Source: Epiperipatus broadwayi
Lineage: Eukaryota; Animalia; Onychophora
Direction of reading: 5' to 3'
Length of the DNA: 64,000 nucleotides
NCBI GenBank assembly: GCA_028023455.1
Contig: JAQFVV010000007.1
Coordinates: 13,826,001 to 13,890,000, forward strand
Shown here piece after piece: positions 39,346-53,520 of the stretch; within the stretch, counting starts at the first letter, position 1, and each line of letters begins with the position of its first letter. The notes under the pieces are model-generated. The model had not been told where the DNA came from. It saw only the letters and a list, made by a program, of their open reading frames with translations, and made no database searches. A program made the translations under genes and the position numbers.

Positions 39346-39418
39346 TGCGTTAACCGGGAGGTGAACCCGAGCCAGCTGCTTGGAAGGCGGCTATGCTAAC
39401 CACTAGGCCACCAAACGC
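39346..39418 (-). pseudogene. tRNA-Gly: tRNA-Gly(TCC) pseudogene or variant
   Basis: GCGTTTGGTGGCCTAGTGGTTAGCATAGCCGCCTTCCAAGCAGCTGGCTCGGGTTCACCTCCCGGTTAACGCA is clearly the metazoan Gly-TCC sequence. It has an extra T in the acceptor stem, mismatches in the D and anticodon stems, an altered T loop (TTCACCT) and no oligo-T terminator. Confidence 0.85.
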
Positions 39419-40123
39419 ATTAACTTTTTGAAAACTGGCAGCTAGATTTTGTAGATAACGTGTTTTACTCTTCTTATTTTGCAAACAATGTTTCAGAGCA
39501 TCAGGAAATGTTGAAAGACTTAAAGAGTTATCGGATGAAAGTTAAATATAAAAGGATTAAACTAACGTTTAATAAATTTTTTCAGAAGAAAATGAAAATT
39601 GATAATCACGAATTAAAAAGTATTAACAACTATAAAAATTACTCAGATCATGTATACAAATGAAAGCATAATTACTAAAATTAGTCATAGAATGGAATGT
39701 TTTTTTGTAAAAATAATTTGCTATTAAAAGGAAAAAAAAGTCGATGTGTTCGAAAAACAAGTTGATGTTTTTTAATATATGGATTTTATCAGATTTGATT
39801 ATAGATCTGAGACTTGGACATATAACAAAAAATCAATATAGATATTTCACATCATTCTTTGACATATATAAAAATATATATTGAAAGTAACAAGAAGAAA
39901 TGAAAATAAAACACATAGATAAGATAACAGACACATATCACAGACATCAGTTAAAGAATTGGGAAACTAAATGTAGCTGGACTTGATATATTTATTGTTG
40001 AAAGATAATATATGAGATAGTTAATTGAAGTTTCAAATTAGATTCTGAGAGATTGTGGAAGACATAAAAAGAGACCACATCTGGGATGAATGGCTGAAAT
40101 AAGGAAACTTTACATATGATGTG

Positions 40124-40697
40124 AAGAAAATAGGCCATGAAGTGAGAAAATTGGGTCAAACTTGGAGAGACAGTCATTATGTGATAGATTAATAATGGTT
40201 AAATTGATGAATACTATCTCAAATTCAGAATATGTATATAATTATATTAGCAAAAATGTTTTATATAGCAATAAATAAAGTTATAAATCACAATATTTTT
40301 ATAAATAAATTAAGGCATCTTAAAGCCAAAGTAGATAAATTTGAAGGGATGTGAGCTTCAGTCATTATGCAGAGTAATGTTTTTTTTTAAACTGAAGCTA
40401 ACACATAAGAAAATAGGCCACGACATGGGAAAATTGGGTCGTCAAACTTGGAGAGACAGTCATTATGTGATAGATTAATAATGGTTAAATTGATGGTGAC
40501 CACCTCCAATACAGAATGTGTATATAATTATATTACCAAAAATGTTTTATATAGCAATAATTAAAGTTATAAATCAATACAATATTTTAATAAATAAATT
40601 AAGGCATTTTAAAGCTGAAGTAGATAAATTTGAAGAGATGTGAGCTTCAGTCAGTGTGCATAGTAATGTTTTTTTTTTTAAACTGAAGCTAACACAT
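40124..40697 (+). repeat. Diverged tandem duplication (~283-bp period), possibly of an RTE-like 3' end
   Basis: AAGAAAATAGGCCA..CAAACTTGGAGAGACAGTCATTATGTG..AACTGAAGCTAACACAT starts at 40124 and 40407. The translation YDVKKIGHEVRKLGQTWRD..ID**W is only weakly RTE-like. Confidence 0.85.
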
Positions 40698-41559
40698 AAT
40701 AAAATTTTCAATCGTTTTGCTATATATATATATATATGCTTTTCATGAATAATCTTCTTTCTCAGATGTCTTGAAACATTACTAATAATCCACACAAACA
40801 TAATAATCACTCAACTTATATCAATTCACATTTTGATACCAAGTTAATCACTTTATTATTATATTTATATAGATTAGTAGACTTCAAGGAGTTAAAAAAG
40901 ATTATTTCTAAAATGCATGTTTACTATGCATTGATTTTTGCAGTTCATCGGACTTGTGGGAAAAATGATATTACATTCTATGACTGGAACTCACATCTCT
41001 TCCAATTTATTTACAAAATATTCAATTTCAATAATTCTGCACTAACATGCTTAGGTTAAAGAAGTTTAATATTGTAAAATTATATGTTTATCTGCACTGA
41101 GCGCTTTCAAAGTTCCTGGATTTTATATTCATAGCTGATTGCAGACAATAGTAATTTATAATTTTACCTGGGTAATAAAGTTTGTGAATGGGTGGGTTCA
41201 AATTAAAAGTAGTCTATCAATATATGCCTACATTTTCTAGAGAATTGTTGGAAAGAAACTACAGCAGTCAGCTTAAAAACTGTTTTACCTTTTTTCTATC
41301 AAATATGTAGACATTAGAAAAAGAAAATTCATAATTATGTTTAATCATAAAGTCATTTAGTTTACATCCTAACTGAAACAGGATAAATCAATTACTCTTG
41401 GAGACAACATATTTTAAACAAGTGCTGCTTAAGTTAGTGGATTGATTATTAACTACAAAAACAATTTTTTGAAAGTAATCATTGTTCTAAGCCCATTATT
41501 AAAAAGCTTAAATATTATTTGACCTTTTAAACATCTAACCATATCATAAATTAATAATA

Positions 41560-41767
<208 letters not shown>

Positions 41768-42242
41768 TTTCAAAGCAAAAACTTTATTGAGTCTAAAAAG
41801 TTACAGAGTCACATCTAGTAATATATTGATTTGTTACAAATGAAAAACAAATTACAACTTTCAGTATATAAGTCTTTATCATTTCTGCATACTTTTTTTT
41901 TTCTTGTTTTTAAATTTGGCCTTCTATTTAGTTCAGTTTATGCTTGCATCTCTTTGAAGTTGTAAAAAAAATGCTGGTGATGAAAATGTCATCATCTATC
42001 TTATTGGCCTTTATATTTCATAGACTGGATCTTTGTTTCAAGTGTGACCATGTGGCTGCAAACACATCTGGTTGAGCTAGGATGCTGTCTCTTTTTCTGA
42101 ACAGTTCTAGTTTTATTGAATATGTTGCTGGGTGGTGTTGAGGGTTATTTGCAAATGCAAAAGTGCATCTGGTACACCAGTAGGCATAAAGGCTGTATGT
42201 TGCTGCATGAATAGCAGGGTTGTTGCCTTTTTTAAAAGTATT
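41768..42242 (-). mobile_element. Short 5'-truncated L1/Tx1-like fragment (copy E), bracketed by microsatellites
   Basis: NPAIHAATYSLYAYWCTRCTFAFANNPQHHP..PDVFAATWS. The 3' motif is AATAAAGTTTTTGCTTTGAAAC. The 5' flank is (AAC)n(AAT)n at 42276-42243. Confidence 0.85.
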
Positions 42243-43924
42243 TATTATTATTATTATTGTTGTTGTTGTTGTTGTTTTCCCCAGTGCATCTTGTTTTAAT
42301 TCCACTATATTGCAAGCAGCCACAAGTACAGAAAGTCCATGTATCCTTATCCCATGCTATTTAAAAATAACTTTACATTGTACTCCAGCTTTTTTTTTTA
42401 TTTAGCTAAGACTAAATCAAAATTGATTTTTATGAATATTCTTCTAATACTGTTTTAGATTGGTATGTAAACATTTTACAAACAGCTTTTTAGCACTAAC
42501 TTACATTGCTGGTGAAGACTGAATCTTTGATTAATGTAAAAGATACACATTAAACTTTTAGGTATTTAATCAAACAGTGACATGAGATTATTACTTATGT
42601 ACTGAAATATTTCCTTTGCAATAATTTCATGTTCTTTAATTTATTCTTCTACCAGATATCAGGAAGTGTTTTGCATAAAATCTACAGAAAGCTGTTAAGC
42701 CAATCACTTATGCCAATAACTCATGATATAGTTTCACCACATAAGTCTTATCTCAAATCAAGATTTCCTTTTTGAAAATTCAACCAAGAATCTACAATTG
42801 AAGAATTGTGGTGTAAAAAAAATATTACATTTCTAATCAAATTTCTTTTGGATTTGATCTTTCTATATGCAATTGGCGAATCAAAAATAGATTCAATTCA
42901 ACCCATATTCATGGTGTTTATATGCTTCATAAATGGAATTTATATACCACTGATGTATAAAAATGTTGATAAACACATAGTTAATAAATATAAGATCTAT
43001 GATTTTAATAGATGAATTAATGGACTGAGTAAAATCATTGATTTCTCTACAGGTTCCTTTATCATATTTTGGTAATAATCAATGTGTTAAAAATACTTAT
43101 GGTAAATAAATAAATAAAATTATATTTTTGTTAATTATATATGCAGTAACATTGTTTAAATATTATGATTCTAGAATAAATTATACAGATAATCAATATT
43201 ATTGCTCAATAATAGATTAGTTATAATTTCATTGATCCAACATCCTGATCCCATTTTTTGTGGTTTAACCATTTTTTCAGAATTAAAGGAATCATCAATG
43301 ATAATCATAAAAAATGAACTGTAGAATATGAAAGAGATATACCGTACAGTATTAAATTAAATAAATGCTAAATTATAATTTGTTATAGAGTAATTAAAAC
43401 ATATTTCTACATTTATGGGTTACTTTTTTGTGAAGCTCTTAAATACATTTTGATTTGACCTGATTTATTTATTACATCATTTATTTACAGCCATTTAAAA
43501 ATAAGTATGGTCTCTATAGTTCCAGAAAAATGAGAAATCCACAAAGAAGGTTAAAAATTTGTTTTATAATAGCTGTACAAACCAGTTTGAAATACATGTT
43601 TCTTTAGTTTCTTTGTTTCATATTTTACAACGTAGCTTGTTTTTTTTTTTCATTTATGTTAGCACTAATTTTTTTATACCAAGTCTTAAAATACAATGCA
43701 CAATTACATACATATTTAAAATTGGCATATATTTATTAAAAATATTAAAGTTAAATATTTACAGATTTACTACACAGGAAGATCAATTAGTTTCTCAAAC
43801 ATAAAAAAAAAATCTTGGATAAAAAATCTAAAATTATTTATTTCATTATCCTAAATTCAATATATATAAAACATGAAAACATGGTTTAAAAAATATTGCT
43901 TAAAATTGAAAAAAAATAAAATAA

Positions 43925-43959
<35 letters not shown>

Positions 43960-43973
43960 CAACAACAACAACA
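43925..43973 (+). repeat. (AAT)n(AAC)n microsatellite at the 5' junction of L1 copy F
   Basis: Read directly. Confidence 0.95.
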
Positions 43974-46006
<2,033 letters not shown>

Positions 46007-46008
46007 AA

Positions 46009-47690
46009 AAGACTCAATATTAATACATTAATCAACATGCTGGCTGACACCACAATCCCATGCACTCATTTGTATCTTCTCACTAACCTACTACTAAGCC
46101 ATGAAATCCATATCAAACTCAATGGCAGCAATTGTCCATCATTTACCCCCTCAATCCATATTCCAAGGTTCACCATTCAGCTCACTACTATTTACCTTTT
46201 ACATCAATCTGCTCATACTTAAAATTCAACAAAATATCAAAGGCATACACATGCCCAGCACATCACAATGCCTAGCCTGCACTGAGTATATGGATGACAT
46301 TACAGTTATTCTTCCTTTTAGAAAGCAGATACCAATACTACAGAAAATGCTTCAAGAGTGTGAAACAACACACCATCTCAAATTTAATCAGAATAAGGCT
46401 GTCACCTGGTCACTCTACACAAGTAAGCCATGCACACAAACTTTCCAAGACAAACCATCATCATTTCTTGACTTTTTCTTTCTATATGGGGACAAAGGTA
46501 AAGAAACACAAAATACAAAACAAGTTAAAAGATAAAGCAAAATGGTTCACTAATTCTCTATCTAAAGCATATTTCTCAATATATGCTAAGGTACAATTAT
46601 TCAACTATCTAGTGATCAACAAAATAATTTACTATTCTCCCATAATTCAATTAAATCAAGCTTTCACATAAAAAAACCTCTTCCTATTGCAATAAACTTC
46701 TATTCAATAGAAAAGCATTGTCAATATCTACAAAATGCTTTAGTCACCCAACAATATGCAATGGTTTTGGAGCTAAACAACATACATATTTTTCAAATAC
46801 AAAAGATCACAAGCCTTATAATAGCTACTCTCAGACATTTCCCAGAACTTCAATGTCTAATCCAAATAATACTTACAGACAAACCTCCATCTTCATATTG
46901 CTATCTATCATCAGTTATCAAACAGTTTAGAAACACACATATACAAATATCACTGAAAACAACAACAAAATACTTATATTGGCATATTTATGCACTAGTA
47001 TACCCAGGAAATACACCAGATATTTCCACCCAGATTCTCAGAATAAACAATGACAGCTGCTTAAAAAATTTAAAAAAAATGGTTCATGGAGCCCAATTTT
47101 TTTGATTTCCTACATAGACTAAATCCATATGCCTTGCTAACATCATACTTCCTAAGAAAGAGATACTTGTATATAAAAATAGACCCCTTCTGCATACTGT
47201 GCCACCAAACAGAAGAAACCCAACAACATCTGTTTCACAACTGCTCAACATTAAACCCTACAGTTCATGCAGCAACTTTTGAGCTCTATGCATTTTGGAG
47301 CACCCGATACACATTTACTTTTGGCAATAATACAAAGTGACATACATCAACATTTTATAACAAATTAGCATTATTAATAATAGAGGCAATAAAATACACC
47401 CAGACATTTTCAAGGTTACTTCATCACTCATAAAACAAAGTTCAAATCTCTAATCAGGGAAGTTCTATCATTTCTCAAACCACTTAAATGTATTCGAAAA
47501 GAGAATGCAAGAAAATGGACATCACAAAATCCAAGAAATGAGAAATGAAAATAAAACATACACAATGTTGCCAATAGAAACATAGGCCAGCTTACAAAAC
47601 TAATATCTAAAGAGTAACAAACTGTTACAAAGCATACATGCAATATATATACATGTGTCTTAATTATGCAAATGTAAATAAGATAACTTT
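46009..47690 (+). mobile_element. 5'-truncated L1/Tx1-like LINE (copy G)
   Basis: NINTLINMLADTTIP, QGSPFSSLLFTFYIN, CTEYMDDITVIL, DPFCILCHQTEETQQHLFHNC and AATFELYAFWSTRYTF. Confidence 0.9.
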
Positions 47691-48379
47691 GAGAAACAAT
47701 TTAAAAAAAAACAATGGAATTAAAAAAACTAACGATATTATAACCTATAAAAGACACCCAGTTTATATCTGTAAAGACATGTAAAGAACTTAGATAGACA
47801 CAATATACATAATCCTCAGGAATATCAATGTAAACACATGCATACGGAAAGTATTAATGTAACCTCCTTTTCTAGTTTGAATAAAATTCGTTTTTAAAAC
47901 ATCATCAAAATAATAATGATGATAATGATAATTATAATAATAATCTGCATCATCATCATCTATTTATTATGTGCATTTCAACATTTTAACAGAAATACAC
48001 AATAAATAAAAAATAAAAAACAAACAATAAGCAAATACAAATTACATACATAAGATTATATGTACATATATGTTCATAATTATAAGTTTAGTTGTTTTCT
48101 AATATTCATAATAAACCGATCACAAATAATATCAATATTATTAAAAGTTAGATTATATACTATTTGCAATCTAACTTGCTGAAGAAAGTATTTTTATATT
48201 TATTAACCTTGTAAGATGCATTTTTCTTAAAAAACGGCTGGGTACTTTCAATTCTATTTTCGATATACAGTTACTGATATCAATTTACCAATCAATTAAC
48301 TTTTTCAACAATATCACATCTTTCAATATTCTCCTTCCTTTCACAATTTTGACGTTCCCCCATTATTAATTTATTAAAT

Positions 48380-50900
48380 CTTTTTTCTAACATTATATAT
48401 TCTAGACTGAATATTAATCAAATTGAAATTCCATATACAAGAACCATATTGTAAAAGTGTAACAACAAGAGAAAAAATAACATATATTTTATGGAAGTAG
48501 ATACATTTCTCCTATATCTCAAAATACAGCCCATCTTTCTGTATTTTTTATTAATAATATACTTAATGTGTGCATTAAAAATAAAATTACTTTAAAATAT
48601 TATTCCTAAATCAGATACAGTCTCTTTATATTTAATAACACCATTCTCAATTTTATATTGATAAACAGATTTGCAGTTTTATTAGTATAGGAAACAATGC
48701 ATGTTTTATTAATATTAATCTCCATATTGTTATACTTACACCAAACAATCTTTATCCTTTTGAACCTCAATATGATCATTATAAGTAATAATTCTTTTAA
48801 ATAACTTACAACCATTAGCATAAGTAAGTATCATACTATTTTTTTATGTTTTGATCAACACCACCCATAAAATCATTAAAAAGTAATGGTGCTAATATTC
48901 CACCCTGAGGAACACCTACCATATTATTAGAAGAATGAGAATCCCTCAAATAATTACTAAACCACTCAATTAAATGAGGACTAAATCCCAACATTTTAAG
49001 TTTACATAAAAATCTAACATCTAATTGTTTCCGATCAGATAAGGCATGAGCACTGTGATCAGATATCACCATTAAATTAGTTTCAATAGATTTACCAGGT
49101 AGAAAACTATGCTGATAACTAGGTAATACCTTAATCATATGTACAATAATATCACTGTAAATACACTTTTTATAAATCCTAAAAAAGGGTGACAGAATTG
49201 AAATAGGCCTATAATTACCAGGATCAGATCTATTTCCTTTATGTCAGGAGTAATACATTTTGATAAATTAATGATATAATGTAATGGTGCTATCAAACAT
49301 TCAGCACAACCCTTGATAATAAAATTAGGAAAATCATTATATCCCATAGAAAATTTTGTTTTATGTTTAGAAATTGCATTAAACACTTCAGGAATTGCAA
49401 TATTTTTAACATCTATATTCCAAAAACTCTCTTTATTAAATTTAATATCAGCCATATCATTATCAGAAATATCTAAATACATATTTGGAAAATGGTCATA
49501 GACAATCAAATTACATTATATCTATAACTCTTATTTCCAATAATATTAAGATCCTTACCATAATTCAAAAATATCTGTGGATTATTCCTAAAAAAATTTT
49601 CAACCCTACTTAAATTATTATTATAATCTCTTTCCATAAGAGTTTTAGTATAAGAATGCAAACCACTAAATTTCTTATACAATTCTTTATCATTAGTTAA
49701 ATTATATAACCTATGATATTTATGCTTTTTATTTAAACCCTTACACAATTCCTTAGAAACCATTTAGGATATTTATTATTAGTATTTGAATAATGCCTAA
49801 CACCAATATATTGATCTAGAACATTTTGAACTCTGCTAACAAACTTATTTGCAACTATATTTGGATCATTTTCCACCAAAACTACATTTCAATCAACATC
49901 TTCAAATGCTTTATAAAGACAATAATAGTTACCATGTTTGTAATCTCTATTACTATTTATTATAGGCTTTATATGTTCATGTGAACCATCTATTACAAAT
50001 TCCAAAGGTGGATGATAAGGATCAGGAGGCAAAGAGCTTGATCAGCCTCTTTGCAATTCAAATTACTCTTAATGATAAACAATAAAACCACCATACCACC
50101 CCTAAAATTAATAATATTATTAAGTTGAATTAATCTAATGAACTCAACAAAAAATTTTAATCTATAAAGTTTATTATTACCAACAGTCTTATTGCTATGT
50201 AGTCAATAATCAACTTCATCAAAATTCCCAATTATAATATCATATTTATATTTCATCAATATATTTTCAGCCCTAACCAAATATGCATCTAAATTATTCA
50301 TTGACAAAGTAGGTCAAGAATATATAGTACCTAACAATATTTTATTTTTTAAACCAACTTCAATCCATTAGGATTCAATATTTTTATCATTAATAAATAT
50401 CTGTCTATGTTTTATATCTTCTTAATACCAATCAAAATATCACCTCCTCTTGTTTCATTATTATAATTCCTATCACATCTATACACACAATACTTATTTT
50501 CAACTATACTGCATTATCAATTTCTTCGTTTAATGAAGTATCTGTTAAAAAGATAATATCATATTTATTTAATAATAATTCATATTTAAAATCAATTGTT
50601 AGTTCTACAACCACATGCATTTAGATAATAACAATTTATGGATTGCTATTTATTACATAGGTCATTTTGTACATTTATATTTTGCACTGTAATGCTACTT
50701 TCATCAACACTATCAGTCGATATAATATCTTGTCTCTTTTTCAATAGTCTTATTAATATTTAATATAGTATCATCCTGTGTACTATTAACTTTATCAGCA
50801 TTAAGATTTTTTAAATATTTTTAATTACCATAGAAGGGCAATATCACAGCCACCACAGGCCAAATATCACTAGCATTAACTTTATCAGATTCACAATCTT
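48380..50900 (-). mobile_element. Decayed CR1/Jockey-group LINE (end of ORF1, APE, RT)
   Basis: APE: DIIFLTDTSLNEEI, TRGGDILIGI and DPYHPPLE. Linker: RVENFFRNNPQIFLNY. RT: EVFNAISKHKTKFSMGYNDFPNFIIKGCAECLIAPL, QHSFLPGKSIETNL and GVPQGGILAPLLF. Confidence 0.85.
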
Positions 50901-50970
50901 GTATAGATAAATAAAATGAAGAATATTGTTTAGACTTAGTGTTAAGTTTATAACACACACTATTTATAAC

Positions 50971-51056
<86 letters not shown>

Positions 51057-51068
51057 CAACAACAACAA
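50971..51068 (+). repeat. (AAT)n(AAC)n microsatellite
   Basis: Read directly. Confidence 0.97.
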
Positions 51069-52034
51069 TATACTGTACAAGGCAAATATTTCAGTTACTA
51101 TGTTGTTGTTTTTTTTAAATAACATTTTTTAAATTTATGATTCACCATTCTGAATCTGATCTGGACAATATAATAATCTCTCAATCATGATTCATTAAAA
51201 TGAAGTAGGCACAAAAAATAAGTTAGCACAGTGTACATTTTAAAATTTATTTTTGGGTGCTTTTTATGTTCTAGTATCAAGTATTTTTTATGCACTTTAA
51301 GTTTTACTATCAAAATTTTTTGTGTGTAATTATCTAGACAATAGAACTTTGATTTTTTTTATAAAGCTATTAATATGTTTTAAAGCAATGTTTTTGTGAA
51401 TGTATTTATTTCATATATATCCAGGTGAAATTAAATAATTAAATAAAAATACATAGGGTAAAATTAATTGCTAAAATTTTAACCATGTAAGTAATTAAAT
51501 CATTTTTGTTTTTGCCAATATTATATTTTTATATTTGCAATAAAGACCACTTTAATACTGAATATATCAGAAACAAATTGTAACTAACTAATGTGCATAT
51601 TTAAAATGTATTATCAGTGTGCTTTGCTATTGCATGTGATAAAAGTTTGTTTTCATTATACATTGTACTGAATGAAACTTGTATTTATTTGTCTTGTAGT
51701 TATTAATAATGGAATTCTTTTTTTATTTTAGTTATGACATAAGTGAAAGTACAAACTATCTTACAAAAATACTAGATAAAAATAATTTAACCACAATAAT
51801 CATTTTTAATTCAATAAAAAACACAGTTATTATATATACTGTATAGTAAAAAATCTCTCAACTATATTGCACTTTTTGCTATGAATGTCACCATTTTGTT
51901 CTTAGATTACTTAACTTTCATGCAATCACTATTTTTTTTATAGTTATTGTTTTAGTGAATAAATAATTGTTAATCAGTAAATGGATTCAAATTTTTGATG
52001 ATTAGTATAAAAACCACATATAATCTCCATCTTA

Positions 52035-52107
52035 GTCAAGCATTGTTAGCCGAAAGGTCATCACAGCCACCTTGCAAGCAAGGTTTGCCTCCCAGACGAT
52101 GCTATGA
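52035..52107. other. GC-rich 73-nt segment able to form a three-helix fold (unclassified)
   Basis: Closing stem GTCA-AGCATTGT:ACGATGCT-A-TGAC, a GCC-GAAA-GGT hairpin and a CCTTG-CAAG-CAAGG hairpin. Two CpG are retained. Confidence 0.35.
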
Positions 52108-53024
52108 CATAGGAAAAAAAAACTCCATCTTATGTGATTGGAAAGTATATTTAAAAATATTCATAAGTATTTTTGTGAAACATTAAAACATCACACTACC
52201 ACTTGTTCTTATACTTACACAAACAGTTAAAAGAGTAGCAAAATTTTCCACCCAATAGTGATACCTAATGAAAATTCTAGTAATCAATAGATGTTAAAAG
52301 GTTATGCATTTTAATCACTCTTAATATAGTATCTTTCGATTTTTAGAACTGTTCTAGTTGTCACCATTGTTTGGGAAAATTGCCTATTATTTTAAACATT
52401 TTTTATAAAAATATTTAGAAAAAAAACAACAACATGCATTTACTTTTTTATATATAACAGAGAATAATGTTGTTAAAGTATAAGTGAATACATTTTTAAC
52501 TGCTCATATGAAAATACATTATTAAATATTTTTTCAACAATTTAATACTTTTTAAATTAATACGAACAGATTCTGGAATCGAAACTTCACTATTTTTTAT
52601 TATTATATTGGAATCCAGAGCCTCAGTTAAATGCTTTAAAACTAAGCAAAACTATTGAGACAAGAATATATAGTTCTAACTAACATCAGTTTTTAAGGAA
52701 AATATTGAAATAGAAATAATTCCAGATGTGGTTTAGAGTAGTGAGTAAATGTCAGACTTTGGATTGTAAGGATAACAATTCGATTACAATTCTGGTTCTT
52801 TGGCACTCAAACTTCTTATAAATTCTGAGCAATAAAACCATTCAATTATTTTTAATACAAATAATGTCTTTTATTACAGTGCATTATGCTTCTCATGTTA
52901 AATGCAAGGCACATTGTGATAGGGGATATAATTTTGGTCAAATTTTAGAAAGTGCCACATTTAATAGAGGGATTAATCATGTAAACTTTATTATCCAGAT
53001 AACATTTATTTTTAGGCAGAGAGG

Positions 53025-53025
<1 letters not shown>

Positions 53026-53105
<80 letters not shown>
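53026..53105. repeat. (TA)n microsatellite
   Basis: Read directly. Confidence 0.98.
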
Positions 53106-53106
<1 letters not shown>

Positions 53107-53263
53107 TTTTAAATATTAATTTTAATTAAAAATTATTAAATGAACCTGCTTTGCTGCTATGGATTTTGCTAGAAGATTGATTGCTAAAAATAATAAAGCT
53201 GAGCCTTGATAATACATTTTATTTCAGAATATGCCATTTTACTGCTGCATAATAGTAAGATGG

Positions 53264-53520
53264 GAAGATTCTGGAATAAAGATCCATGTATTATAGTCAG
53301 TAATAGATTAGAACATTCTGGAATCAAGATTCCTGAATCATGATCAAGGTTACATCAGAAGATTCTGGAGCCTAGATCATGTTCCATTTTAGATCAGAAG
53401 ATTCTGGAGTCAAGATTCATGGCTCATAATCAGTGTTAGAACAGAAGATTCTGAAATCAAGATTCATACATCATAGTCAGTATTAGTTGGGATATTATGG
53501 GGTCAAGATCCAGAATCATG
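53264..53520 (+). repeat. Degenerate ~47-bp minisatellite, about six units
   Basis: The head GAAGATTCTGGARTCAAGATTC starts at 53264, 53311, 53358, 53397 and 53444, with a degenerate sixth at about 53490. The tails are more variable but related. Confidence 0.85.

Noticed and set aside
42656-43015. Acceptor-preceded coding-like stretch on plus (ISGSVLHKIYRKLL.. / KFNQESTIEELWCKK..)
   Set aside because: It needs a frameshift, has no recognisable motif and no partner exon was found, so support is too weak to list.
52725-52800. tRNA-like A/B-box remnants (also near 24690, 36250 and 39000) suggesting SINE heads
   Set aside because: They are too degenerate to fold or to align to each other by eye.
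53264-53520. CRISPR-like repeat/spacer appearance
   Set aside because: The spacers are related to each other, the context is eukaryotic and no cas genes are present.
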